A stretch of 16,136 nucleotides of DNA, from NCBI GenBank assembly GCA_048938025.1, contig JBHLMP010000066.1, positions 1 to 16,136 on the forward strand. Reading direction: 5' to 3'. The translations under genes and the position numbers were made by a program. This stretch comes from Promethearchaeota archaeon (lineage in GTDB: Archaea > Asgardarchaeota > Lokiarchaeia > Sigyniarchaeales > SOKP01). The notes under the pieces are model-generated. The model did not search any database. It worked only from the letters and a program-made list of their open reading frames with translations, and was not told where the DNA came from. Shown piece by piece: positions 1 through 7,146 of this stretch; positions within the stretch are counted from its first letter, which is position 1, and every line of letters begins with the position of its first letter.

Positions 1-1641
1 ACTTCCGACTAATGCGATTGTAGCAAGCCCAATTGATATTCCTCCAGCGATACTCATCCCAATTTCAATTGTATTACCATATGTTGTTGAGTCCATTGGC
101 AGGTTCATATCCTCTTGTGCGAGATATGGCATTACATGATCTCTAAACTTTGGTAACCAAGTTAGAATCATAGTGAACGCTCCTTCCTCCAGAGAATTAG
201 CATTTTTTAATTCATTAGCTATTGTTGAGTTAGGATTTGCTACTGCGGAGTACCATTTCTTAACACCTCTTTTGGTTACTAATGAACTTTCACTCGTTAA
301 ATTCCAGAGAGCCTTAGCCGATGCAAGAGACATATTAGTTGGGATTACTGGTTCTGTTTGGCTTTGATATCCAATCTCAAAGCCATAGACTGTCCGTGCT
401 TTTAGAGACAGTGGAAAACCATAAGGATATAAGATCATCCCATTTACCGTGCCATTAACCCATTGTTCTAACAGGAGTTCTTTTGCAAGTTCTGTAATAT
501 TCTTACCTATCCCAACCGGAGGAGGGAGTTTCATAAGTTCAGGAACAATGTTTTCTTGGAATGATTCTTCAAATAACCAATAGAGGATCATATCCATTTG
601 AGTCTGTGTCAAATTAAATTCATTTATTAAATTAATCTTAACTGTATCATTTGTATATGCGGAAATCCACTGTTCAATTCCAGCATCGTTAGTTAGGGCA
701 TTCGTGTAATTAATTTCATTAAAAAGTGCATAAGAAACTTTTCGAGTTATGTTTGATGGATTTATACGTCCAACTTCGAATCCTATTAGAGTTTCATTTA
801 AACCTTCAATTATTTCGCTGAAATCAATACCTCCTGGATATAATATCTCTCCCAGAATAGTCCCATTAGCCCATTGTTCCATAAGAAGAGCTTTTGCTAT
901 AGCATCCACCGAAAGGAGTCCTGTTAGTGCGGGCATATACTCTGCATGAAGGTTCAGGGAGATTACAAGGGGGATTGCCCAACCGATCATAAAATCTGTT
1001 ATATATTCTTCAAGCTTGGAAAGTTGATTCCATGTACAATTATAATTTTCTTGCATTGTTATATTTAAATCAAGGGTGCTACTTGAATTAGCAGCGGAAT
1101 ATTGATTTAAAAATGTAGTAACACCTGCACCTGATGAAGTATCATTAAGTAAGCCTTGAATACCGGGAATATACCCTAATACTGTCGTACTGTTTCCAAA
1201 TAATATCCTATGTTGGGCATCTTCTGTAAAACTAAGGTTTTCCCCATGATAATTTGAAACACTAGAAAATAGATAAAACCAAGCAGCCCCAGGATCATTA
1301 AAGAAGGTTTCCATGCCCAAAGCGGGAGCCGGGTTACCTGAAACATTACCACCAGTTATAGCCATTGTTTCAATTAGCACGGCTACAAAAGTAGCTTCCA
1401 CCATCTCTTCCAAGACGACAATTCCCTGATCTCTAATTCCTCGTAAAGTTTGTGGAATTCCCATTTCTTTTATCATTGGCTCAATTAACGGAATTGCTTT
1501 CTCTTCTATTCCCAGTAGTCCTTCATCTACAGAATTGGATACTTTTTCTCTTATATAATAATTGATAAACATACCGCTAGGTATTAATCCAATACCAATT
1601 ACCATACAAATAATCCCGATTATAATAACTTTTTTTGATAT
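1..1641 (-). CDS. Large membrane-anchored repeat glycoprotein, hypothetical (3' end runs off the window)
   Basis: Translated by hand: 547 codons with no stop from 1641 to 1, (M)SKKVIIIGIICMVIGIGLIPSGMFINYY...GMSIAGGISIGLATIALVGS. It has an N-terminal hydrophobic helix, a second hydrophobic helix at the window edge, about 18 N-x-S/T sequons and an internal repeat. An in-frame TAG lies at 1653-1651; the likely start is ATA at 1641 and the first ATG is at 1605. It is probably absent from the ORF track because it has no stop in the window. Confidence 0.9.
   Translation of the reverse strand, partial: MSKKVIIIGIICMVIGIGLIPSGMFINYYIREKVSNSVDEGLLGIEEKAIPLIEPMIKEMGIPQTLRGIRDQGIVVLEEMVEATFVAVLIETMAITGGNVSGNPAPALGMETFFNDPGAAWFYLFSSVSNYHGENLSFTEDAQHRILFGNSTTVLGYIPGIQGLLNDTSSGAGVTTFLNQYSAANSSSTLDLNITMQENYNCTWNQLSKLEEYITDFMIGWAIPLVISLNLHAEYMPALTGLLSVDAIAKALLMEQWANGTILGEILYPGGIDFSEIIEGLNETLIGFEVGRINPSNITRKVSYALFNEINYTNALTNDAGIEQWISAYTNDTVKINLINEFNLTQTQMDMILYWLFEESFQENIVPELMKLPPPVGIGKNITELAKELLLEQWVNGTVNGMILYPYGFPLSLKARTVYGFEIGYQSQTEPVIPTNMSLASAKALWNLTSESSLVTKRGVKKWYSAVANPNSTIANELKNANSLEEGAFTMILTWLPKFRDHVMPYLAQEDMNLPMDSTTYGNTIEIGMSIAGGISIGLATIALVGS
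100..879 (-). repeat. Intragenic protein-level tandem repeat with a 137-aa period
   Basis: EQWANGTILGEILYPGG..GFEVG..PSNIT..ALFN..ALTNDAGIEQWISA..MILYWL starts at 879. EQWVNGTVNGMILYPYG..GFEIG..PTNMS..ALWN..SLVTKRGVKKWYSA..MILTWL starts at 468. The offset is 411 nt. Confidence 0.85.
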
Positions 1642-1665
1642 TTTAGTCGCCTAATTAATTATTAA

Positions 1666-1723
1666 TGATCAATAGTATTGATCACATGTAATGTATATAT
1701 CATTTGATACATTACTATATAAA
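1666..1723 (-). promoter_or_regulatory. Putative promoter of the glycoprotein gene: TATA box followed by two operator-like palindromes
   Basis: Minus-strand TTTATATA at 1723-1716; GTAATGTAT-N10-ATACATTAC at 1688-1715; TGATCAATA-G-TATTGATCA at 1666-1684. Confidence 0.6.
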
Positions 1724-1888
1724 TCTTTCTTTTGAAAGTAAGTAATAATCATAATAGACGATCAAGATTTTGATCTCATAATCGACGAATCCTTCATAAA
1801 TATAACACAAAACCTTATTCATAGAAGGATATAATTAATAATTTGAAAAATAAGCTTTTCAGTAACAACGAGGTCTAAAAAAAATTAA

Positions 1889-3178
1889 TTAATCCCATGT
1901 AGCTTTCTTTACTGACTCGTCATCGTCTTCGCTATGAATCCGTTTCAGATTAATGTCTTGATATCCAGGGAGAACACCTAACATCCTTCTCATTGCAAAT
2001 TCAACATCTTTCGCGCTGGCTATAAATCTGCCAACTATAAGAATATCTGCTCCTTGTTCTAAGGCAAATGCTGCAGTATTAGGTTCGATGCCGCCAGCAA
2101 CAGCGACTAAAACTCTATCCCTTCCCGAAGCTTTCTTTTGACCAGTATATAACTCTTTAATTTTTGGAACTAACCCCCATCTAGCTTTTTGAGCTGCGTC
2201 AGGAGATTTATCTCCCTCTATGGATTGCTCAACATCAATTGCTCTATGAATTATTACAACATCTGGGGTTTGCATTAACGAACTTAATTTCTCAATGGGA
2301 TTTGTAACTTCCATTGTATCAACAAATGCATGAATTCCAAGTCGTTGGGCCTCCATAATAAATTTATCGAGTGAAGCAGTAGAAGCTAAACCACTTGCCA
2401 CAACTCCATCAGCAGTTGCATCAAATGCAAAATCAACCTCTAATTTTCCAACATCTAAAGTTTTTAAATCAGCAACAATAAATTTGTCTTTCGCAAGCTC
2501 ACGAATTTTCTTAATTGATTCAACTCCATATTTCTTGAGAAATGGGGTACCAACTTCAAGTAAAATTCTATCACTTTTAGGTAATTCTTTAACAACTTTC
2601 ATTTGCTTTTCCAAGACAGGATGGTCTAAAGCTACCTGAATATAAGGTGGACGCCATAGCCTTGGAACTCTAATTCCTGCAACAGGGTGTTTAGCTCGAT
2701 CTTTATCATAAAATATCTTTTCAATTGGAGGATATCCTCTTAAGGCTCTCTGAATTGCTAATTTTGTAGCGCCATAATTATACTGATAGATTTTTCTATA
2801 ATCCGTAGCTTCAGGATGTATATATACGGTTGCGATTATCAACCAATCATCTATTTTATTCATTGGAATAATTCCTTCTTCAACGGCATCAGCTATCCCT
2901 TTAGAAACAGCTGCTTGAGCAGGTCCAAAGATTTTGCTTGCGTCCTCCATTTTCGCAACAGTAACTTTAGGAACAATAATTGCATATGGTCGAGTCAAGA
3001 GATTTGGCCTAATTCCAGCCAATAACCCACCATGCCCTTTTGAAGGTGTTCCAATCGCATTCGCGAATGAGATACCTATAGGTCCATTCTTAGAACCTAT
3101 TACTAAATCAATGTGTGCTAAATTTTCCCCTTCTCCAACTAATGCTTCACCTACATAGTACTCAATAGCTTTAGGCAT
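1889..3178 (-). CDS. fae-hps: Bifunctional formaldehyde-activating enzyme / 3-hexulose-6-phosphate synthase
   Basis: N-terminal Fae motifs GEALVGEGENLAHIDLVIG and FGPAQAAV..GIADAVEEG; C-terminal Hps barrel motifs IQVALD, LEVGTP, VADLKTLDVG, VAVAGGI and ILIVGR. ATG at 3178 sits 5 nt after a GTGA SD-like motif, so the track's GTG at 3187 is probably the SD. Confidence 0.93.
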   Translation of the reverse strand: MPKAIEYYVGEALVGEGENLAHIDLVIGSKNGPIGISFANAIGTPSKGHGGLLAGIRPNLLTRPYAIIVPKVTVAKMEDASKIFGPAQAAVSKGIADAVEEGIIPMNKIDDWLIIATVYIHPEATDYRKIYQYNYGATKLAIQRALRGYPPIEKIFYDKDRAKHPVAGIRVPRLWRPPYIQVALDHPVLEKQMKVVKELPKSDRILLEVGTPFLKKYGVESIKKIRELAKDKFIVADLKTLDVGKLEVDFAFDATADGVVASGLASTASLDKFIMEAQRLGIHAFVDTMEVTNPIEKLSSLMQTPDVVIIHRAIDVEQSIEGDKSPDAAQKARWGLVPKIKELYTGQKKASGRDRVLVAVAGGIEPNTAAFALEQGADILIVGRFIASAKDVEFAMRRMLGVLPGYQDINLKRIHSEDDDESVKKATWD

Positions 3179-3234
3179 AAATATCACAATATTTAATTTT
3201 TTTTTGTATATCTTGTAGATATTTTTTATTTATA

Positions 3235-3299
3235 ATGGTGTATTTTATAGGTAATATAAAAAAATATTTACTTACATGAAATTAGAGTTAATACACCAT
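3235..3299. promoter_or_regulatory. 10-bp inverted repeat flanking the putative fae-hps promoter
   Basis: ATGGTGTATT (3235-3244) and AATACACCAT (3290-3299) with a 45-nt spacer containing a minus-strand TTTATA. Confidence 0.4.
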
Positions 3300-3356
3300 A
3301 TATTAAAATTTTCATATGATTGATATATTAAAGATTCTATTTTTAAAGAGTTAATT

Positions 3357-4706
3357 TTAAGAAATCCTTTTTTTAAACGTTTTTTCAGTATTTTTAGCGA
3401 TTAGATAAAATTTATTTAATGTAATTTTGTTTAATTCTTCAGTTTCGAATATGATATGATTACAATCATATTTTGAAAAATTTTCTTCTATTATTTTTAT
3501 ATTAAACCTTTTATCTTCCCATAAACGTGAGCCAGGATATGGGGTAGCGACAAAATAGTTTATAGTATCATTTTTATCCAATGGTAAGGTTTTTATGAAT
3601 TTAATTGTTTTATAAAAGCTTTTTTCTGTTTCCCCTGGTAAGCCTAAGACAAAATATGCTTGAATAGGGATTCCAACTTCTTTTAAATTAGAAACTCCTT
3701 GATATACTTCAACAGGATCTTGAAATTTGAAATTTTTTCTCAGAACTGTTTTACTTGCTGATTCTATGCCAGTAGCTACAAGTTGGCATCCAGCTTTTTT
3801 TAATAATTTGGCATCTGTTTTAGAAATATTATCTACTCTTAACTCGCAACCCCATGGTATATTTATTTTATTATCCATAAACATTTTACAAAAATCTTTA
3901 AAAAATACTTTATCAATGTTAATGTTGTCATAAAAATTTATGTAATTATATGTTTGCATTGAAATTATGTCCCTAATTTCAGAAAGAATAGAATTAATAC
4001 TTCTAATTCTTACATTCTTAAACAATTTTGTTCTTGAACAAAAAGAACATTGATTTGGGCATCCTCTATTTATTATTACATTTGCCACGGTGTAATAGTA
4101 GTTATGTTGATTTAACTTATAGCGAGCAGGTAAAGGTAGAGATTCAACATCAATAAGTTTATCCAAGGTACCAGTAAAAATGAACTTTCCTTTTGAGTTT
4201 ATGTAAGAAATTCTTTTAATAGAATTCAGATCTTCTTCAAAATCTTCTATTTTTATATTTTTTTCTAATTTAATTCTTAAATGATTAATCAACTCTAAGA
4301 AAGACGTCTCTGATTCTCCTACACATATGAAATCAATTAATTTTTCATTTTTGTAATCCTTTTCTAAAATCTCCTTATAAAGAAAAGAAACATGAGGACC
4401 CCCCAAAATTACATAACTACTTTTATCTTGTTCCTTTATGATTCTTGCTATATCAAGAGCTATATGGAATGTATTTGTAAGAGAGGTTATTCCAAAAATC
4501 TTATAATTTACGATAATATCACTAATTATTTTTTTTAACTCTACTTTACTTAAATCAATATATTGTTCAAGATCCAATATATCAACAGGAATATTATACC
4601 TCTCCAATACAGCAGCTAAATATAAAATTCCTAAATTAGGTTCTCTGAAAAAATCCTTGTGAATTTCAGAAGGTTTAGTAGTTTTAGGATTTATTAACAG
4701 AATCAT
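3357..4706 (-). CDS. Cobalamin-binding domain radical SAM protein
   Basis: N-terminal B12-binding motifs (PNLGILYLAA, GITSLT, GGPHVS, GESE); CxxxCxxC in RGCPNQCSFC; GIES, FVLGLPGET and TPYPGS. Confidence 0.9.
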   Translation of the reverse strand: MILLINPKTTKPSEIHKDFFREPNLGILYLAAVLERYNIPVDILDLEQYIDLSKVELKKIISDIIVNYKIFGITSLTNTFHIALDIARIIKEQDKSSYVILGGPHVSFLYKEILEKDYKNEKLIDFICVGESETSFLELINHLRIKLEKNIKIEDFEEDLNSIKRISYINSKGKFIFTGTLDKLIDVESLPLPARYKLNQHNYYYTVANVIINRGCPNQCSFCSRTKLFKNVRIRSINSILSEIRDIISMQTYNYINFYDNINIDKVFFKDFCKMFMDNKINIPWGCELRVDNISKTDAKLLKKAGCQLVATGIESASKTVLRKNFKFQDPVEVYQGVSNLKEVGIPIQAYFVLGLPGETEKSFYKTIKFIKTLPLDKNDTINYFVATPYPGSRLWEDKRFNIKIIEENFSKYDCNHIIFETEELNKITLNKFYLIAKNTEKTFKKRIS

Positions 4707-5568
4707 TTTGAGGCGGATTTTCTTTTTCTTCTTCTTCTTTGTCTTGAGATGTTTGTTTTGGAAGCTGAAAAGCTTTAATTAAATCTTTTAATTTGCCAGG
4801 TTTACTGAATTTTTCTTCATAAATTACGGGAACTTTTAATTTTAAGGAAGGGGCTTTATCTTTTTCATCTATATATAATTCAATACCTTGAATTTTACGC
4901 TCTTTTATAGTTAATCGTGTTGAATAATTATGATCTTCAAAGAAACTAAAACCATTATTTAACCTTCCCAATTTTTCGGGTCGAATAATTGTTTTTTTTT
5001 CTGTAATAAGAGATTCCGTAATTTCTTCATCTGTATAGATTGTTCCTCCAATTATTAGAAATCTTCTTATAAGATTTCGAGGTTGGGGGATTTCTTTAAG
5101 ATATTCCATTGCTTGATTCAACTTTGGATTTTCTACTAACATAAATGTAGATTGAGTTTCTTGTGGTTTACGAAAATCTTGTTTTTCAATTGATCTTGCT
5201 CTACCACCAGCAAGTGGTTTATTTAATACTTCTTGGAATTCTTGATCATCTTTATGATAGAAATTCAAAGGGTAAATTCTATAAAACAATCTTAATTGTT
5301 GCCGTAATAGTCCAGCTAAAATTCCTCCGTAAATTTGAATTTTAAAAGGACTTTTAAGTGCATTATATATCCAAATTCTTTTTGTGTCGTGATCTATCAG
5401 TAATAAGACTTTTTCATTAGTATTTTCGTTAACAATATCTCGAACTATAGTTCCCTCAATAACTTCACGAGTTGCCATATAAGGAAATTCTGGTAACTCA
5501 ATAACTTCAAATACTTGCATCGAGAAAGAATTCTTTAATTCTTTATATAATTTAATAGGATTTTTCAC
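4684..5568 (-). CDS. Putative Asgard gelsolin-domain protein, 1DGelX-like (divergent)
   Basis: Gelsolin-like core KVLLLIDHDTKRIWIYNALKS..GILAGLLRQQ..YRIYPL..DQEFQEVL, a linker, then a second domain (LKEIPQPRNLIRRFLIIGGTIY..LNNGFSFF..YSTRLTIKERKIQGIELY) that matches my recollection of the Asgard X domain. The ORF itself is secure; the family call is from pattern memory. Confidence 0.6.
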   Translation of the reverse strand: MKNPIKLYKELKNSFSMQVFEVIELPEFPYMATREVIEGTIVRDIVNENTNEKVLLLIDHDTKRIWIYNALKSPFKIQIYGGILAGLLRQQLRLFYRIYPLNFYHKDDQEFQEVLNKPLAGGRARSIEKQDFRKPQETQSTFMLVENPKLNQAMEYLKEIPQPRNLIRRFLIIGGTIYTDEEITESLITEKKTIIRPEKLGRLNNGFSFFEDHNYSTRLTIKERKIQGIELYIDEKDKAPSLKLKVPVIYEEKFSKPGKLKDLIKAFQLPKQTSQDKEEEEKENPPQNDSVNKS

Positions 5569-5623
5569 TTAAAATAAATTTCATCATTTTTTTATTATTA
5601 AGAAACAAATCTAAATAATTGCA

Positions 5624-5644
5624 TTTCATAAAATTTTTATGAAA
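5624..5644. promoter_or_regulatory. 21-bp palindrome in the divergent promoter between the gelsolin-like gene and rps6e
   Basis: TTTCATAAAA-T-TTTTATGAAA, perfect 10-bp arms. Confidence 0.4.
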
Positions 5645-5695
5645 ATAAACATTTTTCATCTCAATTTAGCTCTTTTAAGTTCTATATGATGTATC

Positions 5696-6100
5696 TTGTC
5701 TTCTGAGAAATTAGTATATAAATTAAACATAAGTGGTGGAAATAAAGCTCCAGGTTCTGGATTATCTAAATTAATTGAGATAGATGAGAAAAAGTTCGGA
5801 CCATTTGAAGGAAAGAAGATTGGTGATATTGTAAAAGGTGGACTCATAGGTTTTGCAAATTACGAATTTGAAATTACAGGAGGTTCTGATTCTTCGGGCT
5901 TTCCAATGAGAAAGGATGTACATGGGCCTGTAAAGAAACGAATACTGGTTTCAAAGAGAGCAATAGGGTATAAGCCACAAAGAAAAGGTGAAAAAAGGCG
6001 TAAAACTGTACGTGGTAATGAAATAACTTCTAATATGACATTGATAAATTTAAAAGTTGTCAAGTATGGAGAATCAGAATTATTTAAGAAAGTGGAGTAA
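5696..6100 (+). CDS. rps6e: 30S ribosomal protein S6e (eS6)
   Basis: GKKIGD, FEITGGSDSSGFPMRKDVHG, GEKRRKTVRGN, INLKVVKYG; TTG start. Confidence 0.97.
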   Translation: MSSEKLVYKLNISGGNKAPGSGLSKLIEIDEKKFGPFEGKKIGDIVKGGLIGFANYEFEITGGSDSSGFPMRKDVHGPVKKRILVSKRAIGYKPQRKGEKRRKTVRGNEITSNMTLINLKVVKYGESELFKKVE

Positions 6101-6105
6101 TAGAG

Positions 6106-6288
6106 ATGGTAAAAGTAAAAAAATGTAGTTTCTGTGGTTTTTCAATACCGATAGGTAGGGGCGTTATGTTCATTAGAAGAGATGGCTCAATATTGAATTT
6201 CTGTACACCTAAGTGTAAGAAAGCTATGTTAAAATATAAAAAAAATCCTCGAAAAACACGATGGACTGCATTTTATGGAAAACAGTAG
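6106..6288 (+). CDS. rpl24e: 50S ribosomal protein L24e (eL24)
   Basis: CSFCG..I..GRGVMFIRRDG..FCTPKC..KNPRKTRWT zinc-finger pattern. Confidence 0.97.
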   Translation: MVKVKKCSFCGFSIPIGRGVMFIRRDGSILNFCTPKCKKAMLKYKKNPRKTRWTAFYGKQ

Positions 6289-6379
6289 GATTTAAAGATG
6301 TTAGTGTTCTGTTTTTAAAGTTATAATTTAAAATCAATTAATATTATTAAAAATAAATAGAGATCTATTAACTCTGTTA

Positions 6380-6580
6380 TTATTGCAGTCTTGAGAATTT
6401 AAGAAGATCATCTATTAAGTCAACATGACTAACAATCATTCTTTTGCAACAGAATCTTTCAATACCTAATTTTTTAAACGCATCTTCAGAATTCTCTCCT
6501 TTTTCCAACATTTCTAAATAAGGTTTATAGATATGAGCAATGAGCTTACCACAGGAGAAGCATCTTATAGGAATAATCAT
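6380..6580 (-). CDS. rpoN: DNA-directed RNA polymerase subunit N (Rpo10)
   Basis: MIIPIRCFSCGK...LGIERFCCKRM..HVDLID signature. Confidence 0.98.
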   Translation of the reverse strand: MIIPIRCFSCGKLIAHIYKPYLEMLEKGENSEDAFKKLGIERFCCKRMIVSHVDLIDDLLKFSRLQ

Positions 6581-6697
6581 TATAAGAAAATAAAAGAACC
6601 ATGTTAAAAAAATTTTATCATTAAAATAATCTCTTTATAGTTTCTAATTTTCTTTTTAAATCAAAAATTTTATTTACAATCCTTTACTATTGTTCTC

Positions 6698-6764
6698 ATT
6701 GTAAATCGATGATTTATGATAATATATCAAAAATATTATATATTTGAAGGAGATGATTTATAAT
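6698..6764 (+). promoter_or_regulatory. Putative structured 5' leader of rpl7ae with a K-turn-like motif
   Basis: 6698-6708 pairs with 6754-6764 (11 bp including two G-U), then a short bulge and tandem G.A/A.G (G6711.A6753, A6712.G6752). The inner stem is 6719-6725/6733-6739. The fold covers the SD and the start codon. Confidence 0.5.
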
Positions 6765-7134
6765 TTCATATGTAAAGTTTAAAGTCCCTGACGAACTTAA
6801 AAATCAAATTAAGAATGCTGTAAGTACCATTTCCGAAACACGAGATTCTAAGATTAGAAAAGGAATGAATGAAGTAACAAAATCAATCGAAAGAGCCCAA
6901 GCTAAATTCGTTGTTATGGCAGAAGACGTAACTCCTCCTGAAATTCTCTTCCACGTACCTCTATTATGTGAAGAAAAAGGAATCCCTTATGGATATATCT
7001 CTACTAAAAAAGAGCTTGGAAACGCTTCGAGAATCAATATAGGATCCAGTGCGATTGCCATCGAGTCTGTTGGCACAGGAAATCAAAGTGTGTTGGATGA
7101 TGTTTTAAAAAAGCTTGAAAGTTTAAAAAAATAA
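6763..7134 (+). CDS. rpl7ae: 50S ribosomal protein L7Ae (eL8)
   Basis: The frame extends 34 codons upstream of the track ATG: (I)SYVKFKVPDELKNQIKNAVSTISETRDSKIRKGMNEVTKSIER..VMAEDVTPPEIL.HVPLLCEEK.IPY..KKELG, giving 123 aa. An in-frame TGA at 6754-6756 leaves ATA (6760) or ATT (6763) as the only plausible starts. Confidence 0.95.
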   Translation: MSYVKFKVPDELKNQIKNAVSTISETRDSKIRKGMNEVTKSIERAQAKFVVMAEDVTPPEILFHVPLLCEEKGIPYGYISTKKELGNASRINIGSSAIAIESVGTGNQSVLDDVLKKLESLKK

Positions 7135-7146
7135 TTGGTGAAGGTT

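Noticed and set aside
173-949. Plus-strand ORFs 173-367 and 749-949
   Set aside because: Antisense shadows of the long minus-strand glycoprotein gene; no motifs.
2816-5345. Plus-strand ORFs 2816-3025, 2934-3158, 3727-3933 and 5163-5345
   Set aside because: Fully antisense to well-supported genes; no independent evidence.
5656-6063. Minus-strand ORFs 5656-5847 and 5860-6063
   Set aside because: Antisense to rps6e.
6865-7134. 89-aa L7Ae as called by the ORF track
   Set aside because: It starts inside the conserved RKGxNE motif and omits 34 in-frame homologous codons.
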